DNA of 64,000 nt from Candidatus Pacearchaeota archaeon (lineage in GTDB: Archaea > Nanobdellota > Nanobdellia > Pacearchaeales > JAPDKA01): contig JAWAFA010000001.1 in assembly GCA_038890875.1 (NCBI GenBank), forward strand, positions 419,910 through 483,909, written 5' to 3'. Position 1 is the first letter of the stretch. Each line of letters begins with the position of its first letter. The position numbers and the translations under genes are program-made. Positions 37,930 through 46,834 of the stretch are shown in pieces. The notes under the pieces are model-generated. The model ran no database searches. It was not told the origin of the DNA and worked only from the letters and a program-made list of their open reading frames with translations.

Positions 37930-38532
37930 ATGGAGTTCAAATTTAAACTTTTTGATTTGTGGGATGTAAGTAATATCGTTGTTAATGACCCTGGTTTAAA
38001 ACGCTATCTTAATCTTGATCCAAGGCTTATCCCCCGAAGTTGTGGTAGGCTTGCAAAAAAGCGTTTCGCAAAAATAAAAATGCATGTTATTGAAAGACTT
38101 ATTAATATGTTACAAGTTCCTGGGCATCGAGGAAAAAAACATCGAATAATCACACGTTGGGCAACAGGAAAATTTAATAAAAAAATGGCTATTGTTATTG
38201 ATGTTTTTAAAAAGATCGAAGCACAAACCAATGAAAACCCGATTCAAGTTTTTGTCAGAGCGATTGAAAATGCCTCTCCCTGTGATGAGATTACAACAAT
38301 CGAATATGGTGGAGCAAGATATCCTGTCGCCGTTGATACTAGCCCATCGCGACGTCTAATGCTTGCATTAAGGCATATGGTTTGGGGAGCTTATGATAAT
38401 TCTTTTAATAAAAAACAAGATTTAGTTAACGCACTCGCTAGCGAGATTGTGCTTGCAAGTAAAAACAGTTCAGATAGTTTTGCAATAAAAAAGCGCACTG
38501 AGATTGAAAGGCAGGCTGATTCAGCAAGATGA
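37930..38532 (+). CDS. rps7: 30S ribosomal protein S7 (uS7).
   Basis: Immediately follows S12. LINMLQVPGHRGKKHRIITRW and GGARYPVAVDTSPSRR. Confidence 0.9.
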   Translation: MEFKFKLFDLWDVSNIVVNDPGLKRYLNLDPRLIPRSCGRLAKKRFAKIKMHVIERLINMLQVPGHRGKKHRIITRWATGKFNKKMAIVIDVFKKIEAQTNENPIQVFVRAIENASPCDEITTIEYGGARYPVAVDTSPSRRLMLALRHMVWGAYDNSFNKKQDLVNALASEIVLASKNSSDSFAIKKRTEIERQADSAR

Positions 38533-38569
38533 TTTAAGATGATTCAGCGAGTATTTTAATTTTTATTTT

Positions 38570-39943
38570 CTACTCTCCAATAAACTTTCTTAGAGCAGGA
38601 TTCATGTCATACATGTGCTGTTGGGAAATCTCTTGATAAAGCCTATGAACAATCATTACACTAAGTAAAAGCCCTGTTCCTCTAACAAGCGCTCCTAGCA
38701 AATCTGCAAATCCTGCTAACAATCCAACAGTTGCTCCTCCCATAACTGCTAGAGGCATAATATAACGCGCTAAAATTAGCTCAATTATGCGAGGGTCAGT
38801 TCTAAAGCCAGGAATGCGTAAACCACTTGCCACCATCTGCTCAGCCACACTTCTTGCATCCATTCCACTTGTTTGTACCCAAAATATACTGAATAAAATA
38901 CTAGCACCAACTAAAAATAAAAGATAGACAAATGCTTGAAGTAGCATTATTGGCTGAAAAGCACCTCTGATGATGGCTTCAATAATAGGAGGACTTGAAA
39001 GCCAAAAAGCAAGACCAGAGACAGCTTGACCTTGACTATTAAATCCTCCTAAAAAAGTTGCATGACCAGTATACCTTTGTGCTAATGTCGCAAAAAGTTG
39101 AATATTTGCAAGTAAGGCAGCGGCGAGGATAACAGGAATATTACTTGTGTATAAGAAAGAAAGAGGCCACCTTACACCAAGGCCTCTAATTCTACCAAAA
39201 CTAAGTGGGATCTCTGCACGAATAGACTGTACATAAATAACAAAAATAAAAATAAAGATTGTCGCTAAAATTGCGATAAGTGCTGATGTGGCTTCAATAG
39301 TATTGCCACTGGCAAAAGAACTAAACAACAACCAAACTTTGCCTATTGGTTGCAAATTACCTTGAGGACCAATGAAAGTGAAAGCCCTGATAAATAGTTC
39401 ATATGCTACGCCACCGACAATAAATAAAGAAACACCACTCCCAAAACCCCATTTTGTCACAACTTCATCCATAAAAATCACAAGTATCCCACCAATAGTT
39501 AGTTGTAAGATTAATAACCATTCTAAGCCAGGCACAGCTTCAAGTCCTCGCATCAAGACATAAACACTAGCTTCAAAAATAGTAAAAACCAAAGCTAAAA
39601 ATTTCTGAAGCCCCTGGAAATAAGCCCTACCTTCGTGAGTTCTTAGATCAATATTGAGAAGTTTACTCCCGACGAGAAGTTGAAGGATTATACTTGCAGT
39701 AACGATTGGCCCAATTCCCAAACTCATAATACTGCCAAATTTAGCACCAAGAATAATTGCTAGAAATTCAAAACGTGAAAGAGCATTTTCACTTAGGCCA
39801 TAAAGAGGAATTGATGAAAGAACAAAAAAAGCTCCTAAAATAATCAACACCCATTTTAACTTCTCATTAAAACTTAGCCTCCTCTCAGGTTTCTTAACCT
39901 CGGGCAAATTCAATAAAAAATCCTTAAATCCCATTTCCTCCAT
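38570..39943 (-). CDS. secY: Preprotein translocase subunit SecY.
   Basis: 10-TM protein. GIGPIVTASIILQLL (TM2 plug region) and the C-terminal PGFRTDPR motif. Confidence 0.9.
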   Translation of the reverse strand: MEEMGFKDFLLNLPEVKKPERRLSFNEKLKWVLIILGAFFVLSSIPLYGLSENALSRFEFLAIILGAKFGSIMSLGIGPIVTASIILQLLVGSKLLNIDLRTHEGRAYFQGLQKFLALVFTIFEASVYVLMRGLEAVPGLEWLLILQLTIGGILVIFMDEVVTKWGFGSGVSLFIVGGVAYELFIRAFTFIGPQGNLQPIGKVWLLFSSFASGNTIEATSALIAILATIFIFIFVIYVQSIRAEIPLSFGRIRGLGVRWPLSFLYTSNIPVILAAALLANIQLFATLAQRYTGHATFLGGFNSQGQAVSGLAFWLSSPPIIEAIIRGAFQPIMLLQAFVYLLFLVGASILFSIFWVQTSGMDARSVAEQMVASGLRIPGFRTDPRIIELILARYIMPLAVMGGATVGLLAGFADLLGALVRGTGLLLSVMIVHRLYQEISQQHMYDMNPALRKFIGE

Positions 39944-39956
39944 TACCTCTTTTTAT

Positions 39957-40436
39957 TTATTCCTTTTTCTTTATCTTATTTTTGTTCTCTTCTTTTACTT
40001 TTACATTCACCCCATAATTTTCAAGAATCTCTTTTGCCTTTTTGCTGATACTCGCACATATCACCTCTTTACCTTTAAGTTTGTCAAAATATCCCTCAAG
40101 TTTTTTGACTACTTCAAGATTTCCAGCCAAAATTTTATATTCATCTAAATTAATTACTTTCTCTTTAGTATCATGAAACCTATAAATAATTCCTTCCAAA
40201 CTAATGTGACTTATCTTTCTTCGCTTCACTTTCTTTCTACTTTTAAATCCATACCTCCCAAGATATTTTCCATAATATCTATATACATAAGTTAACTTTT
40301 GTCCAGCTCTTTTTCCTGTTCCTGCCATTCCTTTTCCTCCCTTACTTCCCTTACCTCTATGTTTTTTTCTCGAACCGTAACCACAAGTTCTTCTTCCTCG
40401 AAGTCTGCTTCTTGCACTCCTTTTTTTTAGTTTCAT
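39957..40436 (-). CDS. rpl15: 50S ribosomal protein L15 (uL15).
   Basis: RGRRTCGYGSRKKHRGKGSKGGKGMAGTGKRAGQK glycine-rich N-terminus typical of uL15. Confidence 0.85.
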   Translation of the reverse strand: MKLKKRSARSRLRGRRTCGYGSRKKHRGKGSKGGKGMAGTGKRAGQKLTYVYRYYGKYLGRYGFKSRKKVKRRKISHISLEGIIYRFHDTKEKVINLDEYKILAGNLEVVKKLEGYFDKLKGKEVICASISKKAKEILENYGVNVKVKEENKNKIKKKE

Positions 40437-40753
40437 TTTAAAGTTTGTAACCTTTTTATTAAATCTTTTTTCATTTCTTGAAACATTTGTTTATCCTTAC
40501 TCTTGTTTTCCCCATAAATTATAATTTGATAATCACAATTTAAACAATTATATAAAAGAGATAAAGTAAGACTTACTTTACTTCTCTTATTTTCATCATT
40601 ATTCTCAAATCTCCATTGGTTTGTTTCTGTTTGATAAACATCACATGCCTGATAATTCTTAATAAAAGTATCATATGTTTCTTCAAGTAACTGCCCTCTT
40701 AAATTAACTATCTCTTTGCTTTTACCACAAAAAATCTCAAAAAATTTTTCCAT
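40433..40753 (-). CDS. Hypothetical 106-aa protein inserted between rpl30 and rpl15.
   Basis: Open frame with good codon usage. 4-nt overlap (ATGA) with the rpl15 start. No family recognised. Confidence 0.4.
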   Translation of the reverse strand: MEKFFEIFCGKSKEIVNLRGQLLEETYDTFIKNYQACDVYQTETNQWRFENNDENKRSKVSLTLSLLYNCLNCDYQIIIYGENKSKDKQMFQEMKKDLIKRLQTLK

Positions 40754-40761
40754 TTTAAATT

Positions 40762-41193
40762 TTAAATCATTCTTTCGATTAATTCATTTATTTTATCACC
40801 AATATCACCTTTAATCCCTTGAGGCCACATCAGCTTTTGGCTTTTTTTAAACCCGCCTCGCGGTGGCGAAAGTCTGAAAAAAGGTTTTATTTTTTGAAAC
40901 GCTTCATCAAGTTTTTCTTTACTAAGCAATTTGATTATTTCATCAACCTCTTTTTTTTCAAGCTTTTTATTTCCAGGCTTTCTTCCCCGCTCTTCAATCA
41001 ACTTTTTCAATATCTCTTCATTAATTCTACCATAACTAATATATGCTGCTACTTTTTTCAACATACCTAAAATCTCTGGTTTTTCTAAGTATAATGAACA
41101 AGCAAATTTTTGTCTTAAACGAAGCATAAAAAGAGTATCTTTAATTTCTTTTGGTATATTCACTCTGCCCTTGATTCTAATTGCTGCAATCAT
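40762..41193 (-). CDS. rpl30: 50S ribosomal protein L30 (uL30, L7-type).
   Basis: MIAAIRIKGRVNIPKEIKDTLFMLRLRQKFACSL. Confidence 0.85.
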   Translation of the reverse strand: MIAAIRIKGRVNIPKEIKDTLFMLRLRQKFACSLYLEKPEILGMLKKVAAYISYGRINEEILKKLIEERGRKPGNKKLEKKEVDEIIKLLSKEKLDEAFQKIKPFFRLSPPRGGFKKSQKLMWPQGIKGDIGDKINELIERMI

Positions 41194-41200
41194 TTTCCTC

Positions 41201-42058
41201 TTATTCTACCAATCTATTTAATTTTTTTAAGGCAAGAATTACGCTTTTAATATGATTTATTTTTGTTCTTGTTTTTCCCCGTGATTGTACATAAATATCT
41301 TTTATTCCTGCGAGTCTAAATATCTTCTTACATTCATCATCAGCTACTAAGCCTGTTCCTCTTGGTGCTGGCTTTAAAACAACACTTGAACTTCCGCACC
41401 TAGCTTCTATCTTAACTGGGATGCTATGTTGTTCATTGCACCCGCAATCGAAACTACCGCAACCTCTTACCACTTTAAAAATGTTTATTTTAGCATTTCT
41501 AATAGCTTTTTCTCTAGCTGGAAGGGTCTCTTTAGCTTTTCCATAGCCAATCCCAATATGCCCGGCTTTATCTCCAACTACAACAAGTGTAGAGAATTCA
41601 GGCACATTTCCTTCAGCTGTCTTTTTTTGTGTTTGTCTCCATGCTCTTCTCTTGCCACCACCAAATTTTCCTCGTGCGTGACCTATGTTTATTAGTTCGT
41701 ATTCAAGTGAGGGAAGTAAAATATCAATTATCTCTGATTCAAATATTTTTCTCCCTAATAATTCATCAATATTCATAATTTTTCCTTGTTTAACTTCTAA
41801 TCCAAGAGCTGTTTTTGGTTTCCAACTAGCTAATTTTTCTTCTCGCTCTTTTTTTATTTTTTCTTCAGGTGTAAGCTCAATTTCTTCCTTTTCCTTAATC
41901 CCTTCTATTCCCTCTTCAACTTCTTCCTTTGTAATCTCTTCAACAAGTGGTTCAATGAGTGGTTCAACTTTCTCTTCTATTCCTTCTCGCCCAATCTCTT
42001 TTTTTTCACTTTCTAATATGTCACGTTTTTTGCTCATACCTCTTCCTTTTGTTCCCAT
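41201..42058 (-). CDS. rps5: 30S ribosomal protein S5 (uS5) with an about 100-aa E/K-rich N-terminal extension.
   Basis: Core GHIGIGYGKAKETLPAREKAIRNAKINIF...RGCGSFDCGCNEQHSIPVKIEARCGSSSVVLKPAPRGTGLVA. N-terminus is highly acidic/basic with EEIxxG repeats. Confidence 0.9.
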   Translation of the reverse strand: MGTKGRGMSKKRDILESEKKEIGREGIEEKVEPLIEPLVEEITKEEVEEGIEGIKEKEEIELTPEEKIKKEREEKLASWKPKTALGLEVKQGKIMNIDELLGRKIFESEIIDILLPSLEYELINIGHARGKFGGGKRRAWRQTQKKTAEGNVPEFSTLVVVGDKAGHIGIGYGKAKETLPAREKAIRNAKINIFKVVRGCGSFDCGCNEQHSIPVKIEARCGSSSVVLKPAPRGTGLVADDECKKIFRLAGIKDIYVQSRGKTRTKINHIKSVILALKKLNRLVE

Positions 42059-42064
42059 CTTATT

Positions 42065-42556
42065 TTATTTTGTTAAAATTTTATTTTCAATTGCTTTCAC
42101 ATTAGCCTCTATTTCATGACTTATATGCCTACCATAAATTCTCTCATTTACTGGTAATATTTTTTCATTGAGGTTTATCTTTAAAAATTTGCTTGCTCCA
42201 TAAGCAGCTGTAAAAAGCCTATTCCCTTTGGTAGCTCGATTAAGCCCAATATCAACAATTGCTTCATCAATCCCTCTTTCTTTTGCAAGTTTGCCTAAAA
42301 GAAGGCCTGTTAAATAACATGCAGGTAAATTCTTAAAACTATATTTCCATCCCAGATCTGCTAGTTTCTTTGAGGTAACTCCGATAACCACACTATCTTG
42401 CGCTTCCTTGCTTATTACAATCTGTGCTATTAAATACCTACTAGTCTTTCTAACAACTAGCCTTGGCTTTCTTCCTTCAAGTAACTTTAATCTTTTAGCA
42501 TAATTAGTTTTACCTTCACGCCTTCTTCGTTTCTGAATTGCAATTCTCTTCCCCAT
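42065..42556 (-). CDS. rpl18: 50S ribosomal protein L18 (uL18).
   Basis: TNYAKRLKLLEGRKPRLVVRKTSRYLIAQI. Confidence 0.85.
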   Translation of the reverse strand: MGKRIAIQKRRRREGKTNYAKRLKLLEGRKPRLVVRKTSRYLIAQIVISKEAQDSVVIGVTSKKLADLGWKYSFKNLPACYLTGLLLGKLAKERGIDEAIVDIGLNRATKGNRLFTAAYGASKFLKINLNEKILPVNERIYGRHISHEIEANVKAIENKILTK

Positions 42557-42557
42557 T

Positions 42558-43004
42558 TTAAATTTTTTTACCTTCGTTTACTCTTAAATATTCTATAAGT
42601 GCCTTCTTGCTTTTAAAAAGTCCGGATTTGGCAAACTTTCTTAATTTTTTGTACTCTTTACTATTTATAACCCCTCTATTTTTCAAAGCTTTTAAATAAG
42701 CTCGAAGATTTCTTATTAAAATTACATACTCTCTTTTTCTTCTTACAATATACTTTTTAATTTTTCCTGGGCCGCGTTTTCTGCCTTTTTTCTTTCTTGC
42801 CTGCCTTTTTCTTCCTGCTCTTCTTTTATACCCTTTAACTGGTTTCTTTGTGATTGCTTTATCTTTTATTAACTCTTCAATATCTTTTCTTGTTATAGCA
42901 TCTTTGATTTCATCAAGCCTCTCAGGATCAAATTTAACTCTACCTAAACCAACTTTCATAATTCTTGCTGCCAATCTCTTCTGCATTCTTAAATTTACCA
43001 TCAA
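42558..43004 (-). CDS. rpl19e: 50S ribosomal protein L19e.
   Basis: VNLRMQKRLAARIMKVGLGRVKFDPERLDEI and the basic C-terminal region. Confidence 0.85.
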   Translation of the reverse strand: MMVNLRMQKRLAARIMKVGLGRVKFDPERLDEIKDAITRKDIEELIKDKAITKKPVKGYKRRAGRKRQARKKKGRKRGPGKIKKYIVRRKREYVILIRNLRAYLKALKNRGVINSKEYKKLRKFAKSGLFKSKKALIEYLRVNEGKKI

Positions 43005-43196
43005 AAGAAGAATTTCTATAGTTTTTAAAGATTTTTGTAAGCATTCTTAACCAAGTTTAGACTTTTTGTGAAGCATTTTAAGCTTACTTGCTTAAATTTT
43101 CCATTTATTTCTTTGAAAAGTAATAATTACTTTATAATAGCAAAATTTAAAATTTTTCCAAAGAAATCTTTAAAAACATATTTTACATTTCTTTTA

Positions 43197-43550
43197 ATGG
43201 AAATTGAAGTTGGGAAGGTTACACATTTTTTTACTAACATCAGTGTTGCCGTTATTGAACTCAAAGACAAAATTGCCGAAGGAGATAAAATTCATATAAA
43301 AGGAGCAACAACTGATTTTATGCAGAAAATAGAGAGTATGCAGATAAATCACAAACCTGTAAAAGAGGCTGGCTATGGACAAAGTATAGGACTAAAGGTA
43401 AAGGATAGGGTAAGAGAGGGGGATATTGTATACAAAATTGTTGAGGAAGAAGTGGAAGCAGAAAAAGCAGAGAAAGGAGGAAAAGTCGGAAAAGCAGAGA
43501 AAGCTACTGAGGTAAAGGTTAAAAAAAGAGGTCGGCCAAAGAAAAAATAA
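43197..43550 (+). CDS. Small beta-barrel (translation-protein-like fold) protein with a C-terminal AT-hook-like tail (KRGRPKKK).
   Basis: Start trimmed to MEIEVGKV. GDKIHIKG...GDIVYKIV pattern resembles EF-Tu domain-2-like barrels. Terminal KVKKRGRPKKK. Confidence 0.35.
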   Translation: MEIEVGKVTHFFTNISVAVIELKDKIAEGDKIHIKGATTDFMQKIESMQINHKPVKEAGYGQSIGLKVKDRVREGDIVYKIVEEEVEAEKAEKGGKVGKAEKATEVKVKKRGRPKKK

Positions 43551-43651
43551 CAAGTAAGAGAAATACACTAAAGAAGAAAAAATAACGAGAGATAATTAGA
43601 CTAGAGTAGAATAAAAATAGCAGTCAGTAAATAATCATTTTAATTCTTCAA

Positions 43652-44266
43652 ATGGGAAGAAATCTAGCAGAATCGAAATTGGTAATTGGTCTGATGGGAA
43701 CTATTGCTAGTGGAAAAGGGACTGTGGCTAGCTATCTTGTTGATAGATGGGGCTTTAAACGAATAATTCTGGGAAATCTTGTCAGAGCTCTAGCGAGAAA
43801 GCAGGGAATAAAGCCTACACGTGAGAACTTGCATAACTTGCAAGCAAAGTATAGAGCTAAAGATCAGGCGTATTTTATAAAAAAAGTAATCGCCAAAATT
43901 GGAAAAAGCAAATATGACAAATGGGTTGTCGATGGTCTACGCAATCCTGAAGATGCACGCTGGTTAAAAAAATTTTTCGATGCCAAATTAGTTTTTATTG
44001 ACGCACCTCTCAAACTTAGATGGGAAAGAGCAAAAAAGAGAAGGCGAGGTAAAGAAAAAGAGGAAAGTCTTGGCGAGTTTAAGAAAATAGAAAAAGAAGA
44101 AAACAGAATATTTCATTTTAACATAACTAAGCGCTATGCTGATTTTAAAATCATCAATGATGGAAGTAAGGAGAAAGCTTGGCAAGAAATGGAAAGGATA
44201 TTAAGTGAGATAGGACTTAAAACTAAAAGAAAAGTACAACAAGCAAAGCCAATACAAACATATTAA
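43652..44266 (+). CDS. P-loop nucleotide kinase-family protein (adenylate/dNMP/CoaE-like).
   Basis: Walker A GLMGTIASGKGT, later DGLRNPED (NMP-kinase-like), and a basic lid RRRGKEKEE. Confidence 0.4.
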   Translation: MGRNLAESKLVIGLMGTIASGKGTVASYLVDRWGFKRIILGNLVRALARKQGIKPTRENLHNLQAKYRAKDQAYFIKKVIAKIGKSKYDKWVVDGLRNPEDARWLKKFFDAKLVFIDAPLKLRWERAKKRRRGKEKEESLGEFKKIEKEENRIFHFNITKRYADFKIINDGSKEKAWQEMERILSEIGLKTKRKVQQAKPIQTY

Positions 44267-44948
44267 GAAAATCTGCAAAAGAAGTTGTAATAGGGATCAA
44301 AAAGTTGTTCGGATCTTCACCTTTCTTATAATAATACTTTCCAGCAAGCAAAGCAATGAGAAACATTAGTGAGATTATAAAAATAGTGTTAATCATGACA
44401 ATTGCAAATACTTTTAGCGCAATTATAAAATTAAATTGTGAGAAGAAACTAGAAATGGCACTTGCTATCACAACTCCTAAAAAAGCAAAGAAGAGCCCAA
44501 CAATTAATATCTGGGCCAGAAGCTTGTTTAACTCTCGTTTCAATTTCCTTGTTTCAAGTCGCTCATGTAACATTGTGGAATATTTGGAAGTAATTATCGT
44601 GCCATAATCACCGATCATATCGTTTAAAAAAGGAAGTAAAATAAGAATTGGTAGAATAGTAACAAAAAGTTCTTTAATTTTTTCCAAAGCAATTCCTCCA
44701 ATTGAGCTGATAAGTGAAGCGACAAGCAAAATGAGCAAACTTTCATTTATTATAACTTTGGGAATGTTCGAATGCGGGCCGTACTCTTTTATATATAATA
44801 ATGTCTTTTTTGAAAGCCCACTCTTCTTATGCACTTTATGAATTAATGGATGATATCTATGTCTTGCTATCTTTTTAATTATCTTTAACTCTTGCCGTGC
44901 TTTTCTTAACGCCTTTTTTCCTAACTTTTTAAACTTTATTACAACCAT
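44223..44948 (-). CDS. MgtE/SLC41-type divalent-cation transporter membrane domain protein (half transporter).
   Basis: 5 TM. C-terminal GEDPNNFLIPITTSFADFLNMF matches the MgtE DPAxxxxPxxTTxxDxxG motif. Confidence 0.5.
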   Translation of the reverse strand: MVVIKFKKLGKKALRKARQELKIIKKIARHRYHPLIHKVHKKSGLSKKTLLYIKEYGPHSNIPKVIINESLLILLVASLISSIGGIALEKIKELFVTILPILILLPFLNDMIGDYGTIITSKYSTMLHERLETRKLKRELNKLLAQILIVGLFFAFLGVVIASAISSFFSQFNFIIALKVFAIVMINTIFIISLMFLIALLAGKYYYKKGEDPNNFLIPITTSFADFLNMFVLALLVVLFF

Positions 44949-44959
44949 TTTAAATCTAT

Positions 44960-45529
44960 TTAAATTATGATTAATGCTAATAACAATGAACCTATGCTAA
45001 CAATATCTCCTATTGAGGTTAGGAAAGGGCCCATGATATTGTTTGGGTCATGGCCGGCTTTAAATAAATAGAGAGTAGTCAAGATTGTTATTGGAATTTC
45101 TATGATATTAGCTATAAACCCAGCAATTATAGGCAAGAATAAAATTTCTATAACTAGCATTCTAAAGGCAAAAAAAGTAAAAACTACCCCAACTAAACCA
45201 AGAAAAGTACAAATTATTAAGGCAAGAAGAAAAGATGCAATTATATTCCCTTTAATTAGTTTTTCTCGACGGTAAAGGTGTTTTGTATCGATGAACCCAA
45301 TAAACAGACCAGAGCTTATTCGTGAAGCCAAAGTCCCACTTAAATTCCCTTGCATTTCGAGAAAGCCAGGTAAAATAAACAATATCCCTGGAATAAAGAT
45401 AAGCTTATTAGTTGAAATTGCTAAAAGAATTCCTGCGATTAAACCAAGTGAAATTGAAATTGCTTCTGAAAAAAATATTTCTTTAAAGCTTTTATCAAAT
45501 ACTACCATATTTTTTAATAGTACATGCAA
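44960..45529 (-). CDS. MgtE/SLC41-type divalent-cation transporter membrane domain protein (second half).
   Basis: PGFLEMQGNLSGTLASRIS and C-terminal GHDPNNIMGPFLTSIGDIVSIG (MgtE motifs). Confidence 0.5.
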   Translation of the reverse strand: MHVLLKNMVVFDKSFKEIFFSEAISISLGLIAGILLAISTNKLIFIPGILFILPGFLEMQGNLSGTLASRISSGLFIGFIDTKHLYRREKLIKGNIIASFLLALIICTFLGLVGVVFTFFAFRMLVIEILFLPIIAGFIANIIEIPITILTTLYLFKAGHDPNNIMGPFLTSIGDIVSIGSLLLALIII

Positions 45530-45542
45530 TTAAAAATCTTAA

Positions 45543-45615
45543 GGGGCTGTAGTCTAACCTGGTAGGATTCAGGCTTCGGGAGCCTGCGATCTGGGTTCGA
45601 ATCCCAGCAGCCCCA
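45543..45615 (+). tRNA. tRNA-Pro (anticodon CGG).
   Basis: Cloverleaf folds: acceptor GGGGCTG/CAGCCCC, T-arm CTGGG-TTCGAAT-CCCAG, anticodon stem CAGGC/GCCTG with loop TTCGGGA, discriminator A. No encoded CCA. Confidence 0.85.
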
Positions 45616-45673
45616 TCGCTAAAAAGCAAAAAATAGCAAGAAATATTTAAAAACTGTAAAAACAAGAAAAAGC

Positions 45674-45940
45674 ATGGTAATCGAGGCCATAGTTGCTAAT
45701 TTTAGACGAGGTAAACATACTTATAAACCAAGGCAGTTTTTGTTAGTCGTTGATATGCCCCGAGAAAAAGCCAAAGAGCTGATTGGAAAAGAAGTAGTTT
45801 ATGAATGCCCAGGCAAAAAAGGCAAGAAGATAAAAGGAATTGTCAAGAGGTTTCATGGGAACAAGGCAACATTACTTGCCTATTTCGAGAAAGGGTTGCC
45901 TGGTCAGGTGCTTGGAACTAAAGTAAAAATTTTTGTTTAA
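45674..45940 (+). CDS. rpl35ae: 50S ribosomal protein L35Ae.
   Basis: RRGKHTYKPRQFLL...GKEVVYECPGKKGKKIKGIVKRFHGNKATLLAYFEKGLPGQVLG. Confidence 0.8.
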   Translation: MVIEAIVANFRRGKHTYKPRQFLLVVDMPREKAKELIGKEVVYECPGKKGKKIKGIVKRFHGNKATLLAYFEKGLPGQVLGTKVKIFV

Positions 45941-46478
45941 AATGGTAATAAAAAAAGCTAGTGCATTTAGTAAGCCGAAAAGCCCAGCATATACAAGAAA
46001 AAGTAAGAAGCGAAAGCTAAATTTTGTTAAAGGATGGCTTCCAATTAAAATACAAAAATTTACTATGGGAAACCTTGATGCTTTCAATGCTGGTAAATTC
46101 AATTTTTATGTAAAACTTGTTGGTAATGAGCCGATACAAATAAGAGATAATGCAATCGAAGCGTGTAGGAGACAAATTTTGCGACATCTTGATGCTAAAG
46201 TTGGCAAGAATAATTATTATTTTATTGTTGCTAAATATCCTCATCAAATTTTACGGGAAAATAAAATAGCAACAGGAGCCGGAGCTGATAGAACTTCAAC
46301 AGGAATGCAACTTGCTTTCGGTGCTGTTGTAGGGAATGCCGCGATAATAGCTCCAGGTGATCCGATCTTTCTTATAGCAACAACAAAAGAATTTATAAAC
46401 TATGCAAGAGATATTTTTGATAGGGTTTGCCCCAAATTACCAGGAAAAAAAAGAATAGAAGTTGAAGAAATAAAATGA
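45933..46478 (+). CDS. rpl10e: 50S ribosomal protein L10e (uL16).
   Basis: PAYTRKSKKRK...ACRRQILRHL...GADRTSTGMQLAFGAVVGNAAIIAPGDPIF. Confidence 0.85.
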   Translation: MFKMVIKKASAFSKPKSPAYTRKSKKRKLNFVKGWLPIKIQKFTMGNLDAFNAGKFNFYVKLVGNEPIQIRDNAIEACRRQILRHLDAKVGKNNYYFIVAKYPHQILRENKIATGAGADRTSTGMQLAFGAVVGNAAIIAPGDPIFLIATTKEFINYARDIFDRVCPKLPGKKRIEVEEIK

Positions 46479-46783
46479 TAGCGAGAATAAAACTAATGAG
46501 TATAAATATAGATGAGCTAAATCAGGTAGTTGAGGCTATTTTAGATTCTGCAAAAAAACAAGGAGTAATTGTGAGAGGGCCTATTCCTCTGCCAACTCAA
46601 AGATTAAAAATAACAACAAGGAAAAGCCCATGTGGAAATGGCACTGAAACTTATGATAAATTTGAAATGCGTATTCACAAACGTGTTATTGATATCCCTG
46701 CTGATGAAAAACTTTTGCACAACATAATAAGGCTTCCTATTCCAAGAGAGGTTAATATTGAAATAAAGATGAAAGAAGAGTAG
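46475..46783 (+). CDS. rps10: 30S ribosomal protein S10 (uS10).
   Basis: ARIKLMSINIDELNQVVEAILDSAKKQGVIVRGPIPLPTQRLKITTRKSPCGNGTETYDKFEMRIHKRVIDI. Confidence 0.85.
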   Translation: MIARIKLMSINIDELNQVVEAILDSAKKQGVIVRGPIPLPTQRLKITTRKSPCGNGTETYDKFEMRIHKRVIDIPADEKLLHNIIRLPIPREVNIEIKMKEE

Positions 46784-46834
46784 AATAAAAGAAAAATATA
46801 TGCGATATTATATATACGATATTTAATAAGATAT

